Positions 16,791-27,213 of a stretch of 64,000 bases of DNA are shown one piece after another (the first letter of the stretch is position 1; the number at the start of each line of letters is the position of its first letter). The notes below the pieces were generated by a model. That model worked only from the letters and a program-made list of their open reading frames with translations, was not told where the DNA came from and did not search any database. This stretch comes from a virus (lineage: Duplodnaviria > Caudoviricetes). The stretch is taken from IMG/VR virus record IMGVR_UViG_3300021959_007005; one strand, 5' to 3'. Position numbers and translations under genes: made by a program.

Positions 16791-17095
16791 TGCATTGGGT
16801 AGTATGGTCATACGAAGAGTATAACAGATACCATTTTGAATATCGCCAGCAAGATATTCAAAATGCGTATTCTGAGAGTATGAAAGTTAAAGTTTTAGAG
16901 AGGTTTCTAAAATCTGATCTTGCAGATTTTTATGTGGACATGGGAATACCGTTAACAGTTGAAGAGCGTGTTACATTAGGATCAGATCCAAAAAAACTAT
17001 TGTTTGAAGTGATAGCACACACTATTACTGAAGAACAGACTAATCGAACGAGAGAAAAACGTATAACGGATAAATTAATTAATGCGTATAATTGA
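16787..17095 (+). CDS. Hypothetical protein
   Basis: ATGA overlap. Confidence 0.6.
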   Translation: MMHWVVWSYEEYNRYHFEYRQQDIQNAYSESMKVKVLERFLKSDLADFYVDMGIPLTVEERVTLGSDPKKLLFEVIAHTITEEQTNRTREKRITDKLINAYN

Positions 17096-17360
17096 ACAAC
17101 AATTTAGTTTAAGTGATGATGATCTAGGACTACTCGCTGGTACTAAAATTTTAGAGGCAATGCTTAAACAACGATTAATTATAGAATTTGATGAAACACC
17201 AAATATTGAAGAAATTGATTTTGCAGGATGTACTGGATTTTATCATGCAAGAGTATTAGGTAAAAAAAGATACCAATTTTGGTTTGAAAAAAAACAAGAT
17301 TATGATTGTTTTAGAGAAAATATGATAGCATATAAATTGTCCAATTCAATCGAATCCTAG
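17082..17360 (+). CDS. Hypothetical protein
   Basis: Overlapping ORF in the operon. Confidence 0.65.
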   Translation: MRIIEQQFSLSDDDLGLLAGTKILEAMLKQRLIIEFDETPNIEEIDFAGCTGFYHARVLGKKRYQFWFEKKQDYDCFRENMIAYKLSNSIES

Positions 17361-17364
17361 ATGG

Positions 17365-17371
17365 ATAAATA
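17365..17371 (+). promoter_or_regulatory. T4-like late promoter ATAAATA
   Basis: Intergenic, upstream of an RBS and the ATG at 17406. Confidence 0.55.
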
Positions 17372-17405
17372 ACTACGTATATAACTTATAAGGAATATAA
17401 AAAAA

Positions 17406-17657
17406 ATGAATGACGAAGTTCAAACAGATAACAATAAGCAAGAAGCTGAAGTGCCAACACCAGGTGATCAACCGTCTACGGAAAATGTAACATTGGGTGT
17501 TGGAGATCTTCAAAATGCAATTCAAATAATTGATATTGCAATGACCAGAGGTGCATTCCGTGCTAATGAAGCAGCGCAAATTGGTACAGTATTTGATAAA
17601 CTCACAAAGTTTGTTGCAAGTGTACAAAATAGCATGAATGCTGATGATAACACTTAA
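17406..17657 (+). CDS. Hypothetical phage protein
   Basis: AAGGA RBS. Confidence 0.75.
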   Translation: MNDEVQTDNNKQEAEVPTPGDQPSTENVTLGVGDLQNAIQIIDIAMTRGAFRANEAAQIGTVFDKLTKFVASVQNSMNADDNT

Positions 17658-17669
17658 AGGAGAGTTATA

Positions 17670-18320
17670 ATGGCGAATAAAAAACATATTGGAAAAGTCA
17701 AGAACACAGGACTAAATTGTGTTGTTGTATTTAGAGCAATTTATGACGAGCGTGGGAATATCCAAGACGATACACACTGCTTGGTTCTTGAAACTGACAG
17801 ATTGCCAGACATGGAACATGACGATATTGTTCGTGTATGTGAAAGCATAAACGGGCAGGAAGCAAAAGAATTCTATGAAATTGCTTCACGCCAACAGTTT
17901 AGTGACGGTAGTCCAATGTTACAAAAATTACACAAAATGGGTTGGCTTAAAAAACATTCCACTGATAACATTTTAATGACACCAAATAGTAGTACTAGTG
18001 TTCTACTAAGTGAAGTTAACGAAATTATTAAAAAAAGTGCTAGTGGTATGTCGCCAAACGATATTAAAAATAGTATGGTTGATGACACAGACAGTGCGCC
18101 AAGATCACAAACTAGTCTAAATACACAACCTAGTGGTGAAGCAGTTCCTTCAAATGAAGGAGTACTTGACGATAGTGCGATTGCAAAAAGTATGTTAACA
18201 CAAGCAGAAACATTCCTGTCAGAAGCAGCAAGACTCAAAGAAGAAGCATTTACTATGGATCCAAGTTTAAAACCCAAGCGAGGACGCAAGCCGAAGGCTG
18301 TAGTTGATGCCAGTTCATAA
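17670..18320 (+). CDS. Hypothetical phage protein
   Basis: AGGAG RBS; basic C-terminal KPKRGRKPK. Confidence 0.8.
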   Translation: MANKKHIGKVKNTGLNCVVVFRAIYDERGNIQDDTHCLVLETDRLPDMEHDDIVRVCESINGQEAKEFYEIASRQQFSDGSPMLQKLHKMGWLKKHSTDNILMTPNSSTSVLLSEVNEIIKKSASGMSPNDIKNSMVDDTDSAPRSQTSLNTQPSGEAVPSNEGVLDDSAIAKSMLTQAETFLSEAARLKEEAFTMDPSLKPKRGRKPKAVVDASS

Positions 18321-18642
18321 AAGAGACAGAAACTTTCAAAATATTGTTCGTGATTTAAGTATTAGTAGTGTTCCAGCAGATTACATTCAATCGCTTAGTC
18401 TGATTACTATAGATGGAGATAAGATCACATTTCAAGGAGAAGATATTAGTTTAAATATTGAATCTGATAATCAAACTGACGTAGTTAGTCTTCTAATTGC
18501 TATGGTTGAAGAAAATGGTGATATTTCAGATGAAATAGCAGATGTTGAAATTATTATTGATTATAAAAAACTTGAAACCGATATTGCAGATCTTACCAAT
18601 AAATTATTAAAGGCAAATAAAAATGACAGTAAAACTAGTTAG
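18304..18642 (+). CDS. Acidic hypothetical protein
   Basis: Overlaps both neighbours. Confidence 0.7.
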   Translation: MMPVHKRDRNFQNIVRDLSISSVPADYIQSLSLITIDGDKITFQGEDISLNIESDNQTDVVSLLIAMVEENGDISDEIADVEIIIDYKKLETDIADLTNKLLKANKNDSKTS

Positions 18643-19288
18643 CTATTCAAAAGCTACAGAAGACTTTGCAGCAGAAGGTCTATCAGATCTCCAAGAGCTT
18701 ATTGCATTTTGTGCAAAAGTATCAAACCCTTCGGCGCAGATTAATACTGAAACAAGTGAACGACTGATTAGATATCTAATTAAACACCAACATTGGTCAC
18801 CATTAGAGATGGTTAATGCTACACTTGAAATCAACACTACCAGAGACATTGCACACCAAATTGTGCGACATCGAAGTTTTGCATTTCAAGAGTTCAGTCA
18901 ACGCTACGCTAATCCAGCAGAGTTTGGTGAAATGTTTGTCACCAGAGAAGCACGCCTGCAGGACACTAAGAATAGACAAAACAGTGTAGAGATCGATAGT
19001 GACGAAGATATTCACTATGCTTGGGCTGATAAACAACAAGAAGTGATCGACAAAGCTCGAGAAGTATATGACTGGGCGATTGCCGCCGGTATTGCAAAAG
19101 AACAGGCAAGGGTCGTGTTGCCCGAAGGAAATACCAAGACAAGATTATATATGAATGGAACCATCCGCAGTTGGGTACATTATATTGACTTACGTGGTGC
19201 AAATGGTACACAAAAAGAACACATGGATATCGCTCATGCATGTGCTAAAGTTATTGCTGATATCTTTCCGCTTATGAACGAACTATAA
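18623..19288 (+). CDS. thyX: Flavin-dependent thymidylate synthase
   Basis: HWSPLE and the ThyX motif RHRSFAFQEFSQRY, plus ARVVLP. Confidence 0.97.
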   Translation: MTVKLVSYSKATEDFAAEGLSDLQELIAFCAKVSNPSAQINTETSERLIRYLIKHQHWSPLEMVNATLEINTTRDIAHQIVRHRSFAFQEFSQRYANPAEFGEMFVTREARLQDTKNRQNSVEIDSDEDIHYAWADKQQEVIDKAREVYDWAIAAGIAKEQARVVLPEGNTKTRLYMNGTIRSWVHYIDLRGANGTQKEHMDIAHACAKVIADIFPLMNEL

Positions 19289-19298
19289 AGGAAAAGCT

Positions 19299-19880
19299 GT
19301 GGGCGTTTTTGAAACAGTAGTACTAAGTTACATAATTTATATGGCTGTTGCATTGTATGGAATCACACGTGGTTATCATAGATGCTTTAGTCATCGAGAG
19401 ATTAGTACATCAGTTGTACAAGAAACGCTCATGCTATATTGTGGACTACTGTGTGGGGTTAGAAGCCCGCTAGCATGGGCTGGCTTACATCGTATGCATC
19501 ACGCATATAGTGACACTGAACTAGACCCACACAGTCCCATACTAATGTCCAAATGGCGAGTGTTCTTTAGTGTGTACAAAGTACCAAATATACCAAGAAA
19601 ATTTATCAAAGACTTATTGCGCAATCCACGAGTTATGTTCTTTCACAAACACGGAAAAATTATATGGATTGCACATTTTGTAATCACTTATTTTGTATTT
19701 GGACCCATAGCTATTGCTGTAAACTTTTTAATAATCTTTTACAGTTATATTGGATACGGTGTACTCAACACGTTTGGACATGACAACAATGGTCCAGTTA
19801 ATAGGTTTTGGATTAATTTAATTGCACCGTTTGAGGGCCAACACAGAGATCATCATGAAAGAAGCCATATTAAATCTTAG
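19299..19880 (+). CDS. Membrane acyl-lipid/acyl-CoA desaturase family protein (short)
   Basis: His boxes HRCFSH, HRMHH, HRDHH; DPHSP; TM segments; GTG start after AAGGA. Confidence 0.85.
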   Translation: MGVFETVVLSYIIYMAVALYGITRGYHRCFSHREISTSVVQETLMLYCGLLCGVRSPLAWAGLHRMHHAYSDTELDPHSPILMSKWRVFFSVYKVPNIPRKFIKDLLRNPRVMFFHKHGKIIWIAHFVITYFVFGPIAIAVNFLIIFYSYIGYGVLNTFGHDNNGPVNRFWINLIAPFEGQHRDHHERSHIKS

Positions 19881-20604
19881 CACTGCAATACGCACACCAG
19901 TATTACCAGAAGTAAAAGATACAATAAAACATATACCAATAGACTACGACGGTGTTGTAAAATACAGCACCAATATTTGTGAGTGGCTCAAGCCAGTAAT
20001 TGATCTCAGTAATTATCATGTGTATCCAAGAAATGGTATTACGGAAGGGTTAGACTGGTGGTACAACCAAGAATCCAGAAGTGTATACATGGATAACGGC
20101 GATTACCAATGGATAAATCCTAGGGGTAATATGTACGATGAAAGTGTAAAGTACCAAAGCATACCCAGTAGTATTGACGGAAACTGGAGAGCAACTACAG
20201 GCGAAATACTTGACCTTGCATATGTTGGCAGTACAAGTATACAAAAGATTGATCACGATGCAGATATAGTTTTTTACAGTTTGAGCAAAAGTTTTGGTGT
20301 ACGCAACATCAGAACTGGATGGATATTTACACGTATGCCAGATGCGAAACTAGAAGCACTTACTCACAGTGCAAAATATTACAACTACTATGCTCACAGT
20401 GTTGCAGAAAATATCATAAGTAACTATGACATAGACTATGTTCACAGAAGATTACACAGTCAACAAGTAGATGTATGCAAGAAACTTGATATTATAGCCA
20501 GTGACAGTGTGTGGCTTGCTACCAGCACACATGATGATTATAGTAAATTTAGACGTAACGGAAATGTAGCAAGAGTCTGTTTAGCAGGAGTATATGAATT
20601 ATGA
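19855..20604 (+). CDS. Compact PLP-dependent (fold type I) aminotransferase/decarboxylase-like protein
   Basis: NGITEG, LDLAY, and the Schiff-base motif SLSKSFG...RTGW. Confidence 0.7.
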   Translation: MKEAILNLSTAIRTPVLPEVKDTIKHIPIDYDGVVKYSTNICEWLKPVIDLSNYHVYPRNGITEGLDWWYNQESRSVYMDNGDYQWINPRGNMYDESVKYQSIPSSIDGNWRATTGEILDLAYVGSTSIQKIDHDADIVFYSLSKSFGVRNIRTGWIFTRMPDAKLEALTHSAKYYNYYAHSVAENIISNYDIDYVHRRLHSQQVDVCKKLDIIASDSVWLATSTHDDYSKFRRNGNVARVCLAGVYEL

Positions 20605-21212
20605 GAAAACACCAATTGCCAAGTATGGCTAATTTAAACTTAGATATTGATTTAAATAAATTGCAAGGAGAAATGATTAGACTTGCTGAAAAGTTTGTAG
20701 ATGTACGCACTGCGAATCCAATGTTGTGTGATAATCACATGGAACTTGTTGATAGTGTATACGATAACTTTGAACAAATTAATCTAACAACACCTAGTGA
20801 AATATTACCTTACGAAGCAAGTATTAAAGAACGTATCAGGCGCAGAGAAGAACACTTATACAATATTCCTACACCAGAATACAAAGGCAGTTACTTTGAA
20901 GAAATAGTAACACAACTTAAAGCACCTGCAAGTCGTGTGCGTATTACAAAACTAGCACCAGGAAAAACTATTCCGTTTCACGTAGACTATGATGTGAACT
21001 ATGCTGTTAGATGCATTGTTCCTATTTACGGAGACAAGAATGTTGTTAATTTGTTTAGGCGTGACAGGGAATTAGAAGCATATAATTTAGAAAACGGCAA
21101 TGCATATTTTCTAAACATAGGATATCCACATGCTGTTGTTAACATGAGTAAACATGCTAGAATTGCGCTGATGTTTAGTTTGGATGGTACAGATGATCTG
21201 GAAGCTCTGTGA
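20601..21212 (+). CDS. 2OG-Fe(II) oxygenase, Asp/Asn beta-hydroxylase-like
   Basis: RVRITKLAPG..IPFHVD, NIGYPHAVVN, RIALMF. Confidence 0.8.
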   Translation: MRKHQLPSMANLNLDIDLNKLQGEMIRLAEKFVDVRTANPMLCDNHMELVDSVYDNFEQINLTTPSEILPYEASIKERIRRREEHLYNIPTPEYKGSYFEEIVTQLKAPASRVRITKLAPGKTIPFHVDYDVNYAVRCIVPIYGDKNVVNLFRRDRELEAYNLENGNAYFLNIGYPHAVVNMSKHARIALMFSLDGTDDLEAL

Positions 21213-21675
21213 AATAGATCCATATATAGCTGACATCGAGGATCTGTTTTCTAAAAATGCCGATCACAAACATGCACAGAATTATAGTAAGTATCCGTTG
21301 TTTCAGCACACTGTATTTGCTCGTATGGGATGGGATCAAGGGCGTATGGTTTACTACAGTGCAGCCGTAGAGCGTCCAGAGTATAACGGAAGTATAAGAA
21401 TAATTTGCAGACATACTAGAGATAGAGAATACAACTTTGGAGGATGGCGGGCTGATTTAAAGCGTGGACTAGAAACATTAGACAAGCTAACCCTTCGTGC
21501 CAAAGACCTGGGATATACTGATATATGGGTAAGCAGAGAAGAATCACCCGAGCTACTACACTACTTTGCTGAACATAGTAAATACTCATGGAATGTAACG
21601 CACCAACCTATGCCTGGAAGCGAAAACTGGAATACAGGAGTACAACATCAATATGTCTTACGAATACAAACTTAA
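21184..21675 (+). CDS. Possible GNAT-fold acyltransferase
   Basis: The pattern RIICRH ... AKDLGYTDIWVSRE suggests GNAT motifs A/B; weak. Confidence 0.45.
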   Translation: MVQMIWKLCEIDPYIADIEDLFSKNADHKHAQNYSKYPLFQHTVFARMGWDQGRMVYYSAAVERPEYNGSIRIICRHTRDREYNFGGWRADLKRGLETLDKLTLRAKDLGYTDIWVSREESPELLHYFAEHSKYSWNVTHQPMPGSENWNTGVQHQYVLRIQT

Positions 21676-22405
21676 ACTAATACTACTAGCAAATCATCTA
21701 GCACTAGTACTTGGCTTACTATATGCTGACTGGACATGGCTTGCTTTAAGTTTTGTAGGTTGGATATTATTTGGTAAAGTAGGAGGTGAAATTGCACTAC
21801 ATAGATATCTATGTCATAACAGTTTTAAAACAGGGTGGATTAGACATCGTTTGCTGATAGCTCTAAGTGTATTCAATTGTTTTGGATCTCCTGTGGCTTG
21901 GTGCGGCATACATCGTAAACATCATGCTAAAAGTGAAGGACCAGATGATCCACACGGCGGTCAATCAGGTTGGCGTATATGGAGTACATTTTGGGAACCA
22001 TTTACAATCGAAAGAAGATATGTAGTTGACCTTGTACGTGACCCTACTATCAAACTAGTACATAAACATTATCTAAAAATACTTTTAACTAGCTATGCAG
22101 TGGTAGCACTTATTGATTGGCGTATTGCGGTATTTTTGATCAGCGTTCCTGCTACACTAACATTTCACAGTGCTGGACTAGTAAATGTGTTTTGTCACAA
22201 GTGGGGATACAGACACTACGATACACCAGACCATAGCACAAACAACACATGGGTTAACTTGTTAACACTTGGTAGTGGATTACATAACACACATCATGCA
22301 AAGCCAAAGGCGTGGGATAATCGTGTTAAATGGTGGGAAATAGATTTACCTGCTATAATCATAAAATATTTGTTAATCAATGACTCAAAAACTCAAACTA
22401 CTTAA
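21653..22405 (+). CDS. Delta9-type membrane desaturase
   Basis: HRYLCH, WCGIHRKHH, DDPH, VNVFCHKWG, GSGLHNTHH, WWEID. Confidence 0.92.
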   Translation: MSYEYKLKLILLANHLALVLGLLYADWTWLALSFVGWILFGKVGGEIALHRYLCHNSFKTGWIRHRLLIALSVFNCFGSPVAWCGIHRKHHAKSEGPDDPHGGQSGWRIWSTFWEPFTIERRYVVDLVRDPTIKLVHKHYLKILLTSYAVVALIDWRIAVFLISVPATLTFHSAGLVNVFCHKWGYRHYDTPDHSTNNTWVNLLTLGSGLHNTHHAKPKAWDNRVKWWEIDLPAIIIKYLLINDSKTQTT

Positions 22406-22892
22406 TCAAATAGCTGAAAAATACAACTACAGCCTTAGTCACTTTTTAGTGCCTACAACTCAACGACAGGGATTACAAGGAGTGGGTAGATTCAGTGACG
22501 ACAATATTTCTCCGGATACATTAATAGCTATTATAGGTGGCGTCATAGTAGATGAGCCAGATCAAATGATATGCATGCCAATTGGTAATAAATTATATTT
22601 ACATCAAGTACACTCATTGTTTAGAGCAACAACTAATCACAGTTGTGAACCAAACTGCCGCATACGTGGATTTAATGAACTTGTTAGTTTTATAGACATC
22701 AGTCCAGGCGAAGAACTTACAATTGATTATGGCACAGTTAGTGTTGGTGACGGAAAAACTATTATTGATAAGTGTACGTGTGGTAGTAAATACTGTAGAG
22801 CCACAATACGTACAGATGATTATAAACAATTGCCTAAAGTATTACTTGCTGCTTATCCAAGATATATGAGAGACAAAAATGTGGATGATTGA
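22380..22892 (+). CDS. SET-domain methyltransferase with post-SET Cys cluster
   Basis: NHSCEPN, DISPGEELTIDY, CTCGSKYCR. Confidence 0.88.
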   Translation: MTQKLKLLNQIAEKYNYSLSHFLVPTTQRQGLQGVGRFSDDNISPDTLIAIIGGVIVDEPDQMICMPIGNKLYLHQVHSLFRATTNHSCEPNCRIRGFNELVSFIDISPGEELTIDYGTVSVGDGKTIIDKCTCGSKYCRATIRTDDYKQLPKVLLAAYPRYMRDKNVDD

Positions 22893-23457
22893 TTTTGAAC
22901 ATATAGGTGATCATGTAATACATGTGTTTGATTACAAAGATTACAATCAACAACAACTACTAGACGAAGCGTATAGTAGACAGTACGAGCCTTTTGTTGT
23001 GCCAATGGATGACGAAAACAGTGATCCAAATTGGTTTGAGAAAGACAGTGACGTGCAGATGAATAATTGGACACAAGCTAGATTTTTTCAAGAGCAAAAA
23101 GACGGCAGTGATCATTTAATTAACTATCCTGAAACAAAAAGGGTAACTAAATACTTTGCTAGTATAATACAAACCAATGATATTAGACCCAGGTATTATA
23201 AACTAGAAGCAAACACCAGCGTTCCTGAACATGTAGATCACAATACCAAATGTGGTGTAAATATCATTTTAAATGACAATGCAGGTCCAGTAGAGTTTGT
23301 TGGTGTTGGCTTGTTTGATTATCGTGTTGCACTGTTGAACACCAGTGAATTACATTGTGTACCTGCACATCCACAAGAAAGAATACTATTAAAATTAAGC
23401 ATAATGGACGTAGACTATGACACTGCTAAAAAGAGGATTAAACAAAATGTATCATGA
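22879..23457 (+). CDS. Putative 2OG-Fe(II) oxygenase
   Basis: VPEHVD, LLNTSELHCV, RILLKLS. Confidence 0.7.
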   Translation: MWMIDFEHIGDHVIHVFDYKDYNQQQLLDEAYSRQYEPFVVPMDDENSDPNWFEKDSDVQMNNWTQARFFQEQKDGSDHLINYPETKRVTKYFASIIQTNDIRPRYYKLEANTSVPEHVDHNTKCGVNIILNDNAGPVEFVGVGLFDYRVALLNTSELHCVPAHPQERILLKLSIMDVDYDTAKKRIKQNVS

Positions 23458-24085
23458 ACATGCTGACCCTATTAACTTTAAAATATGCGAGTCAATGCCA
23501 GTTGAATGGCATAATAAACTAAATGAAATATATGACAGATGTACTACACATATACTAGAATTTTCGTTCCATGCCAACCATGGAGACTTTGTTTGTGATC
23601 AAATATGGTGTGAAACACAACAAGATCAGCAATGGATTATTGATACTATACTTCCATACTATGGCATAGACTATGAAAATGTTGCTGAACTAGACTACAG
23701 TAATGCAGTAAGCAGTGATAGAAGCGGAAGTTTTACTGAAGGGTTTGCGCCTCCTTATCCAAAAAACAGCATCAACTTTACACGTTTTGTAGCAGGTAAA
23801 GCTGCTATTATGCAACACAATGCTGGTGTGGATCATGTATTATGCAAGCTCAATGTACCAGTTAAGAACATTGAAGCAGGAACATGTCGTTGGATTGACA
23901 CACAAGAAGGTTGGAATTACAAAGATAACACTGCACTATTACTAAACGTGCAAGCGGATCACACTGTGGACGGTTTAGAGGACCTAAAAGAAGATCGGGC
24001 ATTCCTTAGTATTGCGCTTAAAACAACTTTTGCAGAAAGTATAGCAGATGATAAAGTCTTACGATCTATACACAAACAAAAATAA
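23447..24085 (+). CDS. Putative 2OG-Fe(II)/cupin oxygenase (divergent)
   Basis: KLNVPV, LLNVQADHTVDG, RAFLSI parallel the neighbouring paralogs, but the HxD motif is atypical. Confidence 0.55.
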   Translation: MYHEHADPINFKICESMPVEWHNKLNEIYDRCTTHILEFSFHANHGDFVCDQIWCETQQDQQWIIDTILPYYGIDYENVAELDYSNAVSSDRSGSFTEGFAPPYPKNSINFTRFVAGKAAIMQHNAGVDHVLCKLNVPVKNIEAGTCRWIDTQEGWNYKDNTALLLNVQADHTVDGLEDLKEDRAFLSIALKTTFAESIADDKVLRSIHKQK

Positions 24086-24551
24086 ATTGTGGGACATATA
24101 TCGTAGGTGTACTCGCAGTGAAGATTACTATAATTTAAACGTAGCAAGTACCACAAATGTTTTTATTGACAATCCTGAGGATTGTGAGTATATAGAACAA
24201 AATATTGTTGAGCCATTGGGTATTGATATACAGTGGTTAAACAATCAATATGACGACAGTGTAGGATATAACTTTAATGTTGTCAAGCCCACAGGCTTTG
24301 TAAAGCCTCACAGAGACGTAAACAGTACTAAAGTAAATATTTTATTAAACCAAAAAACACTTGCACCATTTTTGTTTGTGGAAACACAACAAAAATACTA
24401 TTACGAACACCCAGTATTACTGGATGTGAGTCAACTACACACTGTTGATAATTGTGCTAGCATAACTAAAGATAGAGTAACACTGCAATTATTTTTAACA
24501 AAACCATATGATGAATGTGAAAGGATGATAAATGAAAATAGAAGATATTAA
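24048..24551 (+). CDS. Putative 2OG-Fe(II) oxygenase
   Basis: VKPHRD, LLDVSQLHTVDN, RVTLQL. Confidence 0.7.
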   Translation: MIKSYDLYTNKNKLWDIYRRCTRSEDYYNLNVASTTNVFIDNPEDCEYIEQNIVEPLGIDIQWLNNQYDDSVGYNFNVVKPTGFVKPHRDVNSTKVNILLNQKTLAPFLFVETQQKYYYEHPVLLDVSQLHTVDNCASITKDRVTLQLFLTKPYDECERMINENRRY

Positions 24552-25509
24552 AAGTAGTAGCGGATATACCGTAGCTGCAAGAGTACTAACACCATATAAA
24601 GATATGAAGGAACAAGACTTTATTGATCTTGTACGTGAGTATGGTACTGTGGTGTGGAAAAAAGACACAGCTACGGTAGACGAATATATTGATTTTCAGA
24701 TGCGAGTAGGTTATCATCAAGCAGCAGAAATCTGGTGTAATGACGACAAGTATCCACAAATTTATCGTGTTACCAATCTTAAAGTAAAAGACGAACACGA
24801 ATCAGAAGGTTTGTTTGGACACGGAGAACTAGACTGGCACTGTAATATATTGTTTACACCTGATAGTGAGGAAATGGTGGGCTTACGGGCAGTTGAAATA
24901 CCCAAAGGAAGTCAAACAATTATGGCCAACAGTATTCCTTTTTGGAATAATCTAAGTGAAGAAAAGCGTGAATTATATGACACACTGCATTTGAGTATCA
25001 CAAATAAAATGGAAGACACGTATGAAAATCGTCTAGCACACTATGTACTACCTACTGCAGAGCTCAAAGACTTTGACAAAAAACGTGCAAGCAGAGCTAT
25101 ACAAAGAAGTTTAAACTATGATCAACCTGAAGACAAATTTGCTGAGCCACGTTTTGAAAAAACGAACACTCTTAAAATGATCAGTAGACATCCACTGGGT
25201 ACCAAAGGTGTATACTTTCCACATTTAAATCTAAGTTATATATGTGACAAAGATGGAAACAAACTGGAAAACCATCGTGAAATTTATGAAGAAATTAAAG
25301 CAGAATATATTGATAGTGATCAATATCATTATGCACATGAATGGGAAGTTGGAGACATTTGTTTTATGGAACAGCTAACAGGCGTTCATAGACGTAATAA
25401 TGTATGGTTAGAAAAAGGATTAGATCCAGAAACTGCCAAACGTGAATTACAACGTACTAGCTTCTGGTACAAAACACCTTATAGACTGCACACAGAACGA
25501 TGCATCTAA
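24532..25509 (+). CDS. TauD/TfdA family dioxygenase
   Basis: GELDWHCN, GSQTIMAN, HPLG, HEWEVGD...GVHRR, RELQR. Confidence 0.82.
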   Translation: MKIEDIKSSSGYTVAARVLTPYKDMKEQDFIDLVREYGTVVWKKDTATVDEYIDFQMRVGYHQAAEIWCNDDKYPQIYRVTNLKVKDEHESEGLFGHGELDWHCNILFTPDSEEMVGLRAVEIPKGSQTIMANSIPFWNNLSEEKRELYDTLHLSITNKMEDTYENRLAHYVLPTAELKDFDKKRASRAIQRSLNYDQPEDKFAEPRFEKTNTLKMISRHPLGTKGVYFPHLNLSYICDKDGNKLENHREIYEEIKAEYIDSDQYHYAHEWEVGDICFMEQLTGVHRRNNVWLEKGLDPETAKRELQRTSFWYKTPYRLHTERCI

Positions 25510-26543
25510 GTAGCACTTTTTGTAGTAAGGCATGGAGTGATGTAAACATAGACTTTGCTCGACGAAGTGTTAGACATTGTTGTAAAAGTGTGAATGAATA
25601 TATGCCCGAGCAACTTGATACTGAATTTTTCAATGCAAGTCCTGGTATATTAGAACGCCGTGAAGCATTGCAAGCAGGCATAGAACATACAAATTGCAAA
25701 CACTGCTGGAGCAGTTATAGAAAGTCAGGCGGAGCCTACAGAGATGTTTACAACACAGGCAAGATTGAACCTATAAAATTTGTAGAAGTGAAACTAGACA
25801 ACTTGTGTGATATGACATGTCAGTATTGTGATGCTCGTAGTAGTCATAAAATTGCACAAAAACTAGGAATTAAACAATCAGTACTACAAGCTGATGACCA
25901 AGATTACGCTGTGTTTTTAGATTGGTTGCAAACACTTAAAGATCCTTATACACTAAGTTTTCTTGGCGGTGAAGTTACATACAGCAAAAACTTTGTAAAG
26001 TTTGCAGAACTTATGTTGCAAAAATTATATAAGCAAGACTTATTCATTTCTATTATGACAAATGCAAATACCCTACCAAAACAACAACAGAAATTTTTTG
26101 AGCTATTAGATCGATTTCCTAACAACTGGCGTGTTATTGTTGTAATTAGTAATGAAAGCACTGGCAACGTTAGTGAAACTGTTAGAGAAGGATTAAGTTG
26201 GCCAAGATTTGAAACTAATGTACGTAATTACTTTGCAAGAACACAACTAGAGTTTATAGGATTGAGTCCAACACTCAGCACACTTACTGTGGATCATTTC
26301 TCAGACTATATGTACTGGGTGGGTGAACTTGCACGTGAATACAATATACAACTTTATATCACAGGAAGCAGTGTAGATCATAGTGGTCCATTAAGTTTAC
26401 AATACTGCGACAACACAAAACAATCTTTGGTAAACAACTGGCGCAAACTGTTCAATCAGTATGCAGATGTCATTATGAATTTAGATGACTGTTTAATTTG
26501 GTTGGAAAAAGTACGAAAAGAAATTACAAGCAATGCTGTTTGA
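25500..26543 (+). CDS. Radical SAM protein with an N-terminal twitch domain
   Basis: FCSKAW..HCC, CKHC, NLCDMTCQYC, GGE. Confidence 0.85.
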   Translation: MHLSSTFCSKAWSDVNIDFARRSVRHCCKSVNEYMPEQLDTEFFNASPGILERREALQAGIEHTNCKHCWSSYRKSGGAYRDVYNTGKIEPIKFVEVKLDNLCDMTCQYCDARSSHKIAQKLGIKQSVLQADDQDYAVFLDWLQTLKDPYTLSFLGGEVTYSKNFVKFAELMLQKLYKQDLFISIMTNANTLPKQQQKFFELLDRFPNNWRVIVVISNESTGNVSETVREGLSWPRFETNVRNYFARTQLEFIGLSPTLSTLTVDHFSDYMYWVGELAREYNIQLYITGSSVDHSGPLSLQYCDNTKQSLVNNWRKLFNQYADVIMNLDDCLIWLEKVRKEITSNAV

Positions 26544-27213
26544 GTACATCAAATGCATCACTATGTACAGATAAAAAGAATTGATATGTACTTGAATCGC
26601 CTTGACTGCGAGCTGTGTGTATTAAGCTAGTGTCTACAATATACATCCTGCCTGGTTCAATATCTCCATGCCAATCTACCATGTCAGGTTCCATACTACT
26701 AACTGTTCCTGGTGTAGGAGCTCTGCGAAATTCTCTATCAAATTGAAACTTTACATTATCTGGATCTGTAGTTCCCCATAGTCTCAGTATTGGGCTAGGA
26801 AACCATGTATCGCTATGTGGATAAAAGAATGATTCACTATCCCATCTCAGTATACAACTACGACACCAATAATCATCAAAACATTTAAGAGGATCGAATA
26901 CACTGTGTTCAAACACTGGAGTTTTTTGTGTAAAGTCTCTGTCAAACACCCAGTCTTCTTCTTCTAATGGTTCTAGCCATTCATCTAATGGATAACACAC
27001 AGGCTCTGGATTGTTGTACATACTGCCGTTTTGATTTACCAATGGTAATCCGTATCTAGGAAAGTGTTTTTTCTTTTCACCCCAACTGCGAAATGCATAT
27101 TGGTGCTGTTGCATAAGACTTTCAAACTTATCGGGATCGATTACTATGTCTGTCGCTACAACAGGAGAAGTGTGCAATTGTAGATATTTGTCTAGTTCTA
27201 TCATAGCAGACAA
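26524..27213 (-). CDS. Putative 2OG-Fe(II) oxygenase
   Basis: FYPHSD, IVDTSLIHTA. Confidence 0.65.
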   Translation of the reverse strand: MSAMIELDKYLQLHTSPVVATDIVIDPDKFESLMQQHQYAFRSWGEKKKHFPRYGLPLVNQNGSMYNNPEPVCYPLDEWLEPLEEEDWVFDRDFTQKTPVFEHSVFDPLKCFDDYWCRSCILRWDSESFFYPHSDTWFPSPILRLWGTTDPDNVKFQFDREFRRAPTPGTVSSMEPDMVDWHGDIEPGRMYIVDTSLIHTARSQGDSSTYQFFLSVHSDAFDVLKQHCL

